A DNA stretch of 64,000 nucleotides from Macrostomum lignano (taxonomy: Eukaryota), in assembly GCA_002269645.1 (NCBI GenBank), contig NIVC01002018.1:62001-126000 (forward strand), written 5' to 3'. Shown one piece after another: positions 50,103 through 61,447 of this stretch (positions within the stretch are counted from its first letter, which is position 1; every line of letters starts with the position of its first letter). The position numbers were made by a program, and so were the translations under genes. Under the pieces are notes generated by a model that saw nothing but the letters and a program-made list of their open reading frames with translations, was not told where the DNA came from and made no database searches.

Positions 50103-51197
50103 TTACAGCGTCCTTTTCACGATGTGCACATAGTCCCACCTGACCCAGATTGTGTCCCAGTCTCTGATGTCTTCCGGATTGAGTCGCTTTAACGTAATCG
50201 GCGACATCAGTACAAAGAACCTGCTAGTAAAAAAGTTCACCAGGCGCCCATAGTTTGGCGACATGGCCGCGCTGTCGTAGAAGTAGGAGCGCCGCCACTC
50301 CATCAGTACGACAACAACCTGTCGCTCGTCGATCAGCTTTGCGCTGCTTTCGAAGAAGTCGCGCTCTCTGGTCTCGAAGTGAATTTTCATCACAACGAAC
50401 CGAGTCCTCAGGTGCGGAATGAGGTCATCTCCGAGTCCGGTAGCTACCGGAACCGTGTCGCGAACGACTGCAGACTTCGGGCTGCCTGAGCCGTCTCGGG
50501 CTCCAACGAGCTTGCAGGACTCGGCGTCGTACTGCAGGTACCGGATGCTGACCCGGGTGTGAAAGAAGGCCCAGAAAAGCCGCAGCAGACCCGGCCGAGC
50601 CCGCAGTTTCCTGGCTGACAGCCGCAGTCGGACCAGGTTTCGAATGTTCCAGTCCACCGCGACTGTCGCGATTCCGGCGTCCACCGCTTGCAGGCTGTAC
50701 ACGCCGATGTCGCTGCCGACGTCAAGGAAGGTGACCTCGGACTTGGACAGAGCCCGCATGATGTCGATGAGCCGCGACACCAGCTGGAGCTCCCAGGACT
50801 GCGACCGGAAACTCGTCCGAGAAACAAGGCCGCGACCTCGGTACTTGAAGATGGTTATGTTCCGGTCAGCGACTCTGCTCGTCAGGTGGTCCACAGCGGC
50901 CGCTCGTCTCACTTCGTGCTCGATGCTGAGCGGCAGTCTGTCAGGCAGCTGACACAGCGGGAACTTGCCGCCAATGATGGTGAAGGCCGTGATGTTCTGG
51001 CACAGTCGTCTTCTCATGCCGTCATGGAGAAAGTTGACGCTGCTGAGCTCGGAGAAGCCGGCACAGCGGGTTGCAGAAAGCGTGTCCGCTCGCAGGTGCA
51101 AAATAAGCCAGCAAAGCACTGAGGCCGTACAGACTGCCCCAAGCAAGAATACGGGCCGCTTCCTAACACTGCAACACCTCACCCTTTTTCGATGCAT
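50103..51197 (-). CDS. FkbM-like class I SAM methyltransferase, type II membrane protein, copy 1 (about 364 aa)
   Basis: TFLDVGSDIGVYSL (SAM-binding motif I-like), VVMKIHFE, VLMEW; hydrophobic anchor VFLLGAVCTASVLCWLIL. The ORF track starts at 51332, but TTTGTGTCTTCAG|CAATG puts a splice acceptor just before the ATG at 51197, matching copy 2 in length. Confidence 0.75.
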   Translation of the reverse strand: MHRKRVRCCSVRKRPVFLLGAVCTASVLCWLILHLRADTLSATRCAGFSELSSVNFLHDGMRRRLCQNITAFTIIGGKFPLCQLPDRLPLSIEHEVRRAAAVDHLTSRVADRNITIFKYRGRGLVSRTSFRSQSWELQLVSRLIDIMRALSKSEVTFLDVGSDIGVYSLQAVDAGIATVAVDWNIRNLVRLRLSARKLRARPGLLRLFWAFFHTRVSIRYLQYDAESCKLVGARDGSGSPKSAVVRDTVPVATGLGDDLIPHLRTRFVVMKIHFETRERDFFESSAKLIDERQVVVVLMEWRRSYFYDSAAMSPNYGRLVNFFTSRFFVLMSPITLKRLNPEDIRDWDTIWVRWDYVHIVKRTL

Positions 51198-51789
51198 TGC
51201 TGAAGACACAAATGATTTCGGCTGAATGCCCGCAGGCCGAAATCTGTTTGCGACCCTTGTAGTCGACTTTTCTGTCAGATGCCTCACGTGTTTTATCAAA
51301 GCGAATTTAGCTTTCCATTGGACTGAATCCATACACCAGAGCAGACCCTTTTCGCAAGCTGCTCCGCAATTGCTTCCAGTCTTAATGCTTCGTATTTTTG
51401 TGCGCCTGTCAGGGGCGAGGCTGCTCAGCCTGAGAACGCGCTGTGCATTGCCGCCAACCCCGCGCTTAAACCGTCAGCCACCCGACGAAAATCTTATTCT
51501 TTAGCTAGTACGAAAGAAAGACAGAAATAAAGTGAGCCAAGCGAGCTTTGTGACATTAGAATAATAGAATCTGCCCCTTGCACGGTCACGGCTGGACAAC
51601 TGGGCAAGACGTTCAAATAAATGTACAGCAAACATACTCTTCCATGCACAGCTAGAGTTAATGCGCAGATCGTGCCTATATCAAAACATCGGGTGGCATT
51701 TCGTTGTCTTGACACCTTACTGTAATTCTTTGTAGTTCAATGTAGTTCAAAATGTAGTTCTATACATATCTAGCCTGAGACACGGGAGG

Positions 51790-52450
51790 CTGAAAATTTC
51801 TGAGATGCCAAGCCTCTCGGGGAATTATTGCTGAGATTCCAACCCTCACGGGGAATTATTGCTGAGATGCCAAGCCTCTCGGGGAATTATTGCTGAGGTG
51901 CCATGCCTCTCGGGGGAATTATTGCTGAGGTGCCATGCCTCTCGGGGAATTATTGCTGAGATGCCAAGCCTCTCGGGGAATTATTGCTGAGGTGCTAAGC
52001 CTCTCGGGGGAATTATTGCTGAGGTGCCAAGCCTCTCGGGGAATTATTGCTGAGATGCTAAGCCTCTCGGGGAATTATTGCTGAGGTGCCAAGCCTCTCG
52101 GGGAATTATTGCTGAGGTGCCAAGCCTCTCGGGGAATTATTGCTGAGGTGCCAAGCCTCTCGGGGAATCATTGCTGAGATGCCATGCCTCTCGGGGGATT
52201 ATTGCTGAGGTGCTAAGCCTCTCGGGGGAATTATTGCTGAGGTGCCAAGCCTCTCGGGGAATTATTGCTGAGGTGCCAAGCCTCTCAGGGAATTATTGCT
52301 GAGGTGCCAAGCCTCTCGAGGGAATTATTGCTGAGATTCAAAGCCTCTCAGGGAATTATTGCTGAGGTGCCATGCCTCTCAGGGAATTATTGCTGAGATG
52401 CCAAGCCTCACGGGGAATTATTGCTGAGATTCCAACCCTCACGGGGGAAT
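51790..52450. repeat. 31-bp minisatellite (GGGGAATTATTGCTGAGGTGCCAAGCCTCTC)n
   Basis: About 20 units. Core TTGCTGAG.TG.CAAG.CT is shared with arrays inside Helitrons B1, D and G. Confidence 0.9.
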
Positions 52451-53254
52451 TACTTCGGCGACATTGTCCCACAACCAGTGCTGAGGCAATTCTGCCAATC
52501 CCGCAGACTTTTGAGCACATACAATCGCGCCCAGACTGTACGCAGGTACACACTCATGGCACACGCGCTCACACAGGGTGCACAGTGACACGAACTTTCT
52601 AACCATCAGGCGTGTAAACTCAGACATATGCCCGGGGGTTGGCTCCATTGGGTGTGAAAATTTCGAAGCAGAGGTCGCATTGAGTGAGTCATTCCTATAC
52701 TAGCAGCAAACGCTGGTGTGCAAAGGAAGGGACTAAAAGAGTTCGTACTGGCTTCATTTGATGGCTCTTTGAATAAGCTTAAAAAGTTTTATTGAGATAT
52801 TAAGTAGTGAATCCTTTAAGGATCAGAATCATATTGTTTACTTTGACTCTAACTTAATAGTATAGATATTCATTTCAGTAGCGCTGGATAGGGTATATAG
52901 TAGTACGACGCGTACACTCAAGAAAAATATCGAATTGAGGCAAAGTTTAATCTTATATATACGAGTGGTTTTGCATTACACGACAATATAGAGGTGGTAG
53001 AGAAAGTTACACATGCGATGTTGCATGCATAAGGTAACACTCAACAAAGATAATTTATAGCATAAAGGTCAAGACGAAAACTAACCATAGCTACTATAAG
53101 TTTACTGGTATTAGATATCCACATGCAGACTGCTAGGAGCTATAGTGTGTCAATCAACTCAAAAATAAGTTGAAAAAGGTTCTCAATTGTCACAGTGCAT
53201 CGTCCAAGTTGTATCATGTCGAATTTGTAACATTGCATGAATAACACCAGAGTA

Positions 53255-53652
53255 AATATCACTTTGCGAGAGAGGAAATGTCACTTCACGATAGAGGAAA
53301 TGTCACTTCACGAGAGAGGAAATATCACTTCACGAGAGAGGAAATGTCACTTCACGAGAGAGGAAATGTCACTTCACGAGAGAGGAAATGTCACTTCACG
53401 AGAGAGGAAATGTCACTTCACGAGAGAGGAAATGTCACTTCACGAGAGAGGAAATGTCACTTCACGAGAGAGGAAATGTCACTTCACGAGAGAGGAAATG
53501 TCACTTCACGAGAGAGGAAATGTCACTTCACGAGAGAGGAAATGTCACTTCACGAGAGAGGAAATGTCACTTCACGAGAGAGGAGAGGAAATGTCACTTC
53601 ACGAGAGAGGAAATGTCACTTCGCGAGAGAGCAAATGTCACTTCACGAGAGA
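53255..53652. repeat. 22-bp minisatellite (GAAATGTCACTTCACGAGAGAG)n
   Basis: About 17 near-perfect units. Confidence 0.95.
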
Positions 53653-53799
53653 GTGACCGCGTTAACTTGGGTTTATTTTTGTGTCATCCTGTGACATGGC
53701 TGAATCAGATTTTTCGATAATAACAAGTAAATTGTACCTGCGACTGTGTAACGTCCTTCTAATTTAGCTGTCCATGGAACGCCTGCAACGGGCAGCTAT

Positions 53800-55780
53800 C
53801 TAGCCGCAGTCAACAGAGAAAACGCGGACCTCCCCGTTAATTCCAGAATTTCCTCCCGATGCGGCGCTGCAGGCCGTGCCGTTGCAGGCAGAGCCACCGC
53901 CTCCTCCGGCGCATTCCGAGATGGCGCCGGCGCCGCCGCCGCTGTAGCCGCCGCCGCCGCCGCTGCCGCCGAAATAGCCGCTAGGACCATAATTGGTCAT
54001 TGTGCCCCTGGCGCCGCCGCCGCCTCCGCCGAAGCCGCCGTCTCCGGTAGTGATCGTGTCGCCGCGGACGCCGCCCAGCCAGCCGCCGACGCGGCTGAAG
54101 CCCCCGGTGCCGTCGGTGGAGTAGACGGCGGTGTTGGTGACCGCGTTGCCGTTCCAGCCGGCTCCAGGGCCGCCTGGGCTGTGCCGGTTGTCCGGGTTGC
54201 CATGGAAACGCGACGAGCCCACCCTGCCCGGCTCACCTCCGGCGCCTCCGAGACCCGTGTATTCGGATGATATGTAATATGAAGAGGCCAGTCCGTTGCC
54301 AAGCGAGTTGCCGTTCCTACCTGAAAGTTTTTTGCTCGCTTATTATCACGAATAAAAGACGAGCTCCGATGCTGCCTCAAATGGATGAGTAGGTACCTTA
54401 GCGGTTGGCAATTCTGGGCGTGAGTCGCGATACACCATGCGAATAAGAACAAACCTCAAATTAAACCGAGCTCGCACTGCATGAACTACCCGAAAACTCA
54501 TCGCAAAAGAACAGCTCCATTAGCTGCAGTTCTTACCATCCGCATAGTAGGATGCTCCGCCGCCTCCGCCAGCTGCGATGAGCAGCTGGTTGTTGCTGCT
54601 CATGTACACGAAGCTGCCGCCGCCGCCGCCTGAGCCGGCAAACCTCAAATTGGAGTCTTGGCCCGCCTGGCCAACAACAATGGCCAGATCGGTTCCGGCA
54701 GTTAGGCTGAAGGTACCAGCGACGGAAGCGCCTCTGCCGGGCTGCTTGGCCTTGATGTAGTCGTAGCCGCCTCTGGCTCCAAGGACTTCGATGCGGTAGC
54801 AGACGGTTGCCGTAATGCGCAGGGCTTGAACGGAGCCGTCCTTTCCCGAGCCTGTGGCTGCATTTACAATTTTACACGACTATTTTGAACGAGGCTTGCA
54901 TCGTCCGACAACCAACCTTTGCCCATTCCGCTGACTCCAGACCAGATACAAGCGCGCACTCGTACACACGCTCACACAGGGTGTTCAGCGGCCCTGACTC
55001 TCTAATCAATAGACATGTACACTCTCTTTGTGCCTGGGGGGTTTGGCTCAAAATTGTTGTGCAAGAGTCAGAGACGCATTTACCATTTAAGGCTAAATGA
55101 CAGAAGTACGGCTCAGTGGTAGCGCGTCTGACTCATGCCAGTTGTGCCTAAGTTTGATACGCTCGTAGAATACGTGGCCAAATTAATTTGGGGCTCGTGT
55201 GCAAAAATTCCTCAATTACGACATTCTTAAGTTCTTATTGAATTTCTTCAATGGACGTGCGATGGACGCTAATGAGGGCCGATCTCCCATGGCGCAGAGT
55301 GTGCACACTGTAAGTACGCGAATGCCTTGAGTAAACAGCCTAGTAGGTTGACAAATTTTGCATCTTACCGCCAAAGGTGATTCTCATCCTTCTCTCTTGC
55401 AGCAGCCTGGCAAAGTCAACCAAAGTCCAGATTATGACTCCATTGCCGCTCTGAAGCTCCCTGCGCTGGTGCCTCTCGGTTGGCTGCAGTTGACCATTCG
55501 ATTCATCATCAACGAAGACAAAATCGCAGGTGAAGTGACAGTCACTTTTTCTCTTAGCAACCACGGCATCGCATTTTTTCTCCTGGCATTTTGTAGCGCA
55601 GTGAATGTCACTGTCTGCATCGGGGTCAAAGAGCAGCCGTGTGCTGTGAGCTTCCGTGATGTGGAGGGAGCTCGCAAACTCGTACTTACTCTGGCAGTAG
55701 ATTGGGATTGCAATAGCTGCAATGAACAGTTTTAGGGTAATGGTTGAAGTTATGGAAACGAAAAAATCAACAACAAGCAT
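53800..55780 (-). CDS. Putative secreted protein with a Cys-rich PAN/Apple-like segment and an ALK/LTK-type glycine-rich domain; 3 exons, about 417 aa, start codon uncertain
   Basis: Exons 55369-55780, 54537-54857, 53800-54320 are GT-AG and in phase. Motifs: YRIEVLGARGG, GASVAGTFSL...LAIVVGQAG, GGGGGSFVY...LLIAAGGGGG, GGFGGGGG, GGGGGYSGG, GGGGS. No TM or kinase domain before the TAG stop. Confidence 0.8.
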
Positions 55781-56317
55781 GTTTCACTTTAAGCGACATT
55801 GTCGCACAACCGGCGAGAGGCATTGCTGCCCATTCCGCCGACTCCCCTGAGCAGGCATACAAGCGCGCGGATACGTACGCAGGCACACAATCACACAGGA
55901 GTGTACAGTGGCCCTTACTTTATTTATCGTTAGGCATGTACACTTCACTGTGTCTTGAGGGTTGGCACTCAAGGCCGTTAATTGCACGATTAGACACGAG
56001 CGAAAAACGATAATAAGAACCATATGGAAAAAATCAAGTCAATGACGGATTAACTTACCAATAATTGAGAACAGCAGAGTTACTGTTCTCTTGATCGAGA
56101 GAGCCATTTAGAAATATTGTGTTGAGTATCTCTGTCTTTTTCTAGTGCAGTTCTATGTGGAATAGATTAAAATCATCAATTTTATTAGGGATTTTTTCGA
56201 CGTGCAACCACCTCTTAAACTATAGCGACCAACCACCAAGCAGCATTTTCTTGGGTAGGTAGAGTGTTCCCAGGCCATTGTCATTTAGGCGGCAGTGATT
56301 GCGTTATGCTCAGCTAT

Positions 56318-56690
56318 GATTTATCTATGGTTTGTCTATGGTTTGTATATGGGTTTGTCTATGGGTTTGTATATGGGTTGTCTATGGGCATGTCTATGGT
56401 TTGTCTATGGGTTTGCCTATGGGTTGTCTATGGGTTTTCTATGGTTTGCCTATGATTTATCTATGGTTTGTCCATGGTTTGTCCATGGGTTTATCTGTGG
56501 TTTGTCTATGGTTTGTCTATGGGTTTGTCTATGGGTTTGTCTATGGGTTTGTCTATGGGTTAGTATATGGGTTGTCTATGGGCATGTCTATGGTTTGGCT
56601 ATGGGTTTGTCTATGGGTTGTCTATGGGTTTGTCTATGGGTTTTCTTTGGTTAATCTATGGGTTGTCTATGGTTTTTTATGGTTTATCTC
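56318..56690. repeat. 11-12-bp minisatellite (CTATGG(G)TTTGT)n, block 1
   Basis: Degenerate tandem repeat. Confidence 0.9.
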
Positions 56691-57680
56691 TAGTTCGTCT
56701 ATATTTTTTTATGTTTTTCTCTATATAAAATTTCTACTATGTTGCCTCGTCAGACATCTGACAGTCGCGCATCAATTTTAACGAAAAATCTATTTTTCGA
56801 AGCTATACGAGTCACTTCGCGTCACAACAAATGCTTTCTATGATTTTCTCTCGTCCTACTCTCTCGTCTAAAGCCCCAAAAAGCCCCAGTTAATAAAATT
56901 CAAATCAGCATTGTATGCACGAAGCTTCGCATTGAGTTGGGACCACCACTCGATTTGAGGCAATAAAGCTCTTCTCTCATCCACTGAGACTCATGGTTGC
57001 TAAGCAACACCAGATAAACAGAATCTCAGCTGCACGGTGTTTTAAGGCACCCAAGCGTAATATTAGAAACTACCGTGACAGCAGCACGCGGGGTAGGAAC
57101 TGCCTAGTCTAAAGCAGTAAATTATGCTATAAAATTTTAGCAAATTTCAACTGTAAAATCACAATATGGCTTGGGGATTTTTTCGACGTGCAACCACCTC
57201 TTAAACTATAGCGACCAACCAAGCAGCATTTTCGTGGGTAGGTAGAGTGTTCGCAGGCCATTGTCATTTAGGCGGCAGTGATTGCGTTATGCTCAGCCAG
57301 TTATTTGTGTTGCTAAGCTACAGGCGTACGCGCATATCAATGCAGTTGGATGCATACGTGTATAGCCCATATGTCCCGTTTGACTCTCATTGGCACTTTC
57401 GCTGTTAATTAATAGACCTCCCCATCAGCACATTCTGCCTTCATTTGGAAAAAGGGGATTTAATTGTTAATAATAATTATTATTGATATTGATATTGATA
57501 ATTATTAATAATATAGCAAGCTCACTAATAATAAGCCTTACAAATATCAAACTCCGAAACACCAGTCACTGCCCTCTATCCTGTTGACCAGACTGATTTT
57601 AGCGCATGGCTCTCTCTGTGCCATTCTCTACTTTAGCCATACCTTCAAACTGCTCCCAGTTGAATCCGAATTGATTTCTT

Positions 57681-58070
57681 TTGTCTATGGTTTGTCTATG
57701 GGTTGTCTATGGGTTGTCTATGGGTTGTCTATGGGTTTTTCTATGCTTTGCCTATGATTTATCTATGGTTTGTCTATGGGTTTATCTATGGGTTGTCTAT
57801 GGGTTGTCTTTGGGTTTGTCTATGGGTTGTCTATGGGTTGTCTTTGGGTTTGTCTATGGGTTGTCTTTGGGTTTGTCTATGGTTTGTCTATGGTTTGTCT
57901 ATGGTTTGTCTATGGTTTGTCTATGGTTTGTCTATGGGTTGTCTATGGGTTGTCTATGGTTTGTCTATGGTTTGTCTATGGGTTGTCTATGGTTTGTCTA
58001 TGGTTTGTCTATGGCTTGTCTGTGGTTTATCTACGGTCTGTCCATGGGTTGTGTATGGTTTATCTATGGT
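57681..58070. repeat. 11-12-bp minisatellite (CTATGG(G)TTTGT)n, block 2
   Basis: Same unit as block 1. Confidence 0.9.
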
Positions 58071-58074
58071 TTTA

Positions 58075-58820
58075 ACAATTTTTGGACATAGTGAAGTTTA
58101 TTTAGTCTTTGGCCAGCTCAGTCCTAGAAAATTGAGTTTGATTTAGTCAGAACTCGGGGTTTACCATAGACTATTAGTAAAGAAATAAAATCGATTTAGT
58201 CAAGTTCCTCTAAATCCGTCTTTCGTAACTTTTATTAAGTCAAAGTGAATTTTATTTAGTCGTTTTAGCTTTGAGAAGATACGAGTACACTGTAGTTAAA
58301 TGAACACAGACACAACAAATTGCCAATCTGGGAACAACACAATCAAGCGTTGCTGCATGTCATTGAGCGTCGCGGTGGGCGTTTCACCAATAAATTCAAC
58401 AAGCCTGTCGAGCATAGCTTCAGTTAAAGCTTTTGGCTTATTTCCTTCCTCGTCTCGAGGCCTGAACGCGTCCACTTTGCTCGTATTTAACGATAAAATT
58501 TCTGGCAGACTGACGTGGGATGTTTAGCTGTCTCGCTAGTTGCTGCCAATCGGCATTGCCAATAAAGGCGTTGGTGAGTCTTCGCCGGTCCTGCTCAGAG
58601 ATAGTGACTCTGCGAATGCCTGCAGCTGCTGCCATGATGACGAAACAAAATTCAATTTGACTAAAATCGAGTCATGGAAGGGTTTAAATACGTGGCACTT
58701 GACTAAATCGATTTCATTTTTTTACTAACAGTCTATGGTAAACCCCGAGTGCTGACTAAATCAAACTCACCTTTCTAGGACTGAGCTGGCCAAAGACTTC
58801 ACTTATGCCCAAAAAATTGT
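58075..58820 (-). mobile_element. Non-autonomous Tc1/IS630-like element retaining the N-terminal HTH coding fragment
   Basis: About 130-bp imperfect TIRs (ACAATTTTT...TTTGGCCAGCTCAGTCCTAGAAA...GGGGTTTACCATAGAC), flanked by TA within TTAA on both sides. Minus ORF ISEQDRRRLTNAF...DWQQLARQLNIPRQSARNFIVKYEQSGR. Confidence 0.8.
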
Positions 58821-58833
58821 TAAAAGATATATA

Positions 58834-59321
58834 CCTTTTTGCGATCTAGTTTGCCAAAGCTGCAATCACTTTTGCCAAAACTGCGACCTAGTTTGCCCAT
58901 AGCAAGCCAAGAAGAATTTTTATTGAGAATCAATTCGGAAATGTGACGAAATAAACTGTAACAGTGAACAATAAACAGCGAGTTTATAATGGTAGACGTA
59001 GGCACAAATGCTCTCAATCATAGCATTGTTAAGGGACCTCCGCTTGGCACCTCCGCGAGGCAGAGGCTCTATACGACCGGTTGCGTTGAATTGTCCAACT
59101 ATGTAAGTCACGGTTTTTCGTGAGATGCCCGACAGCCTACCGAAATCTTGCCAGTCCTCTCCATCCTGATATGCTTGAATCAATCGCTGCCGGTCCTTCG
59201 CTGAAATCCTGTTATAAGGTCCACGCTGGGCCATTCTTTGATCTTGCTATGTATGTCTGTGGTGTTTTCTTTGCTATGGGCGAACTAGGTCGCAGTTTTG
59301 GCAAACTAGATCGCAAAAAGG
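58834..59321 (-). mobile_element. Second non-autonomous Tc1/IS630-like element with HTH fragment
   Basis: TIRs CCTTTTTGCGATCTAGTTTGCCAAA...CCCATAGCAAG flanked by TA. Minus ORF ISAKDRQRLIQAY...DWQDFGRLSGISRKTVTYIVGQFNATGRIEPLPRGG. Confidence 0.8.
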
Positions 59322-59654
59322 TATATTATCAATTTTTTTCAGCCATGTTGATAGCTAAGCCAACCAAGTTGAGAATTCCCATATGGCAGCAGTAGATTCG
59401 GTCTTGACCATAGACGTAGGCAAGGATGGAATGGGCAAGTGAGTTGATAATTCTGATATTTTACTGCATAGAAATCATGTTTAAACATGATTTCTATGAG
59501 CTCAAAGATTCACAGTTTTAAAAACTGAGAGAGAGAGAGAGAGAGAGAGATATTTTAAGAGAGAGGCTGCTGCTGACATGCTTCTTGGTGCTGATGTCTA
59601 TGGTCGAGTCATCAAATGTATCTACTTGTTTGACTTTCTATCAGCCAGCACCAG

Positions 59655-60195
59655 CGGGCTTTAGCACCAGGGGCTTTAGCACCAGGGGCTTTAGCACCAG
59701 GGACTTTAGCACCAGGGGCTTTAGCACCAGGGGCTTTAGCACCAGGGACTTTAGCACCAGGGGCTTTAGCACCAGGGGCTTTAGCACCAGGGGCTTTAGC
59801 ACCAGGGACTTTAGCACCAGGGGCTTTAGCACCAAGGGGCTTTAGCACCAGGGACTTTAGCACCAGGGGCTTTAGCACCAGGGGCTTTAGCACCAAGGGG
59901 CTTTAGCACCAGGGGCTTTAGCACCAGGGACTTTAGCACCAGGGGCTTTAGCACCAGGGACTTTAGCACCAGGGGCTTTAGCACCAGGGGCTTTAGCACC
60001 AAGGGGCTTTAGCACCAGGGGCTTTAGCACCAGGGGCTTTAGCACCAGGGACTTTAGCACCAGGGGCTTTAGCACCAGGGGCTTTAGCACCAGGGGCTTT
60101 AGCACCAGGGACTTTAGCACCAAGGGGCTTTAGCACCAGGGGCTTTAGCACCAGGGACTTTAGCACCAAGGGGCTTTAGCACCAAGGGGCTTTAG
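59655..60195. repeat. 15-bp minisatellite (GGGGCTTTAGCACCA)n
   Basis: About 35 units. Confidence 0.95.
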
Positions 60196-60418
60196 CCACT
60201 GCCACAGAACTGCAATCGACCATAGGGGCTTAGACAATGGAACCAATTAAGTGGATAGTTGCATTAATTACTTGGTTTGAAATTCCCGACTTGATTGTCA
60301 TTTAATCAGAGAAACAGCCTTAAACCCTTCAGGAACCTCTGCCCTTGGCTCCTATCCCTGCGGCCACCATCAATCGTAGCATTGATGCCTGGGCCTCCAC
60401 CCTGCACGGGACAGATGG

Positions 60419-60979
60419 ATGAACCTCACCACCTGCCGCCAATCGCGCGCGGCGGTCCCTCGTCCATCCCGAAAGCTCCGAACTGTCCTCCTGAACCAAA
60501 GCAGGAAGGACATCCGGGCTCTTGCTATGACCCTCACGGGGCATGGCTGCTTCGCTAGGCACTGCTTTCTCCGGGGCGACATCCGGAATGAACTGTGCCC
60601 TTTTTGCGAATACGACAACGAAGATGTTCAGCATTTCGTTTGTCAATGCCCGTTCTTCACCAGGGAGCGGCTTAACCACCTTAACCATCTATCGATGACG
60701 TTTGTAGACCTGAGAACATCTCACGGCTCGTCCGGTTTCTTCGGGCAACTAGACGAGCCTCTTTCTTCCCAAACTAAGAGAACGCTGCAGGACGTACTGG
60801 CGGACCGCCCTGACTGGCCCCGCACCATTGCCGAAGCGGGTCACAAGGGTTTGGCGGAATGGGCGACTCTCGCCTCCCCGCTGCGTCTTCGGACTGCCCT
60901 GCAGCAAGTTAAGTTAAGCAGCCTTAAACAACTGGCTTTTATTGCAGTCAGTGCACGCTCAAAACTTGCCAATTATTAG
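60419..60979 (+). mobile_element. 3' fragment of a non-LTR retrotransposon ORF2
   Basis: LTGHGCF..H...LCPFC...EDVQHFVCQCP is the C-terminal CCHC motif of LINE RT proteins. No RT core is visible upstream. Confidence 0.75.
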
Positions 60980-61447
60980 TTCGACGAAGTCAAGACGAAC
61001 GAATTTTTGTGAATCACTAGATTAGCCTCTGTTTCTCAGTCACTTTTGACATCACTTGTGGCTGCTGTATTGCTCGCTCTTTGTCCTAGCAGTCTTTGGT
61101 GGCTTCATTTTGACTCGCTGTTTCCCTGAGGGCTGTGGTTAGGGTTAGGGATTAGGGTTTACGCGCAGGCAGTTGTCGTGCAGGCAGTGGCATGGAACAC
61201 TCTATCATGTATAATCTGTGATGCACTGAAAAAGCATCTCTTAATCGACTCATAGACAGAAAAGTAAATAAAAAGTTCTTTGGTTATTTGTTGCATGCAA
61301 GGCTTCTGATAGGCATTTGAAAATATTAGAAACAATTAAGGAGGCGTGACTTGAAGAAACTATGAATTCTAATAACAGGTACAAAATGCAGCCTTGATTA
61401 AAACTCTATTACCTTGTAAGACGTACATGTCCAAATAATAGATAAAA

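Noticed and set aside
51198-51332. 45-aa N-terminal extension of methyltransferase copy 1
   Set aside because: Probably intronic or UTR: an acceptor precedes the ATG at 51197, and the paralog has no such extension.
54196-54209. Perfect RFX X-box GTTGCCATGGAAAC
   Set aside because: Lies within coding sequence of the Gly-rich gene and far from the ciliary gene IQCA1; likely coincidental.
55108-55190. tRNA-like sequence GCTCAGTGGTAGCGCGTCTGACTCAT
   Set aside because: The B box is degenerate and there is no cloverleaf; at most a decayed SINE head.
59585-60123. Collagen-like GAKAP repeat ORFs
   Set aside because: Product of the 15-bp satellite, open in several frames, with no splice or start context.
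61138-61160. Third telomeric tract
   Set aside because: Only about three imperfect units; too short to be meaningful.
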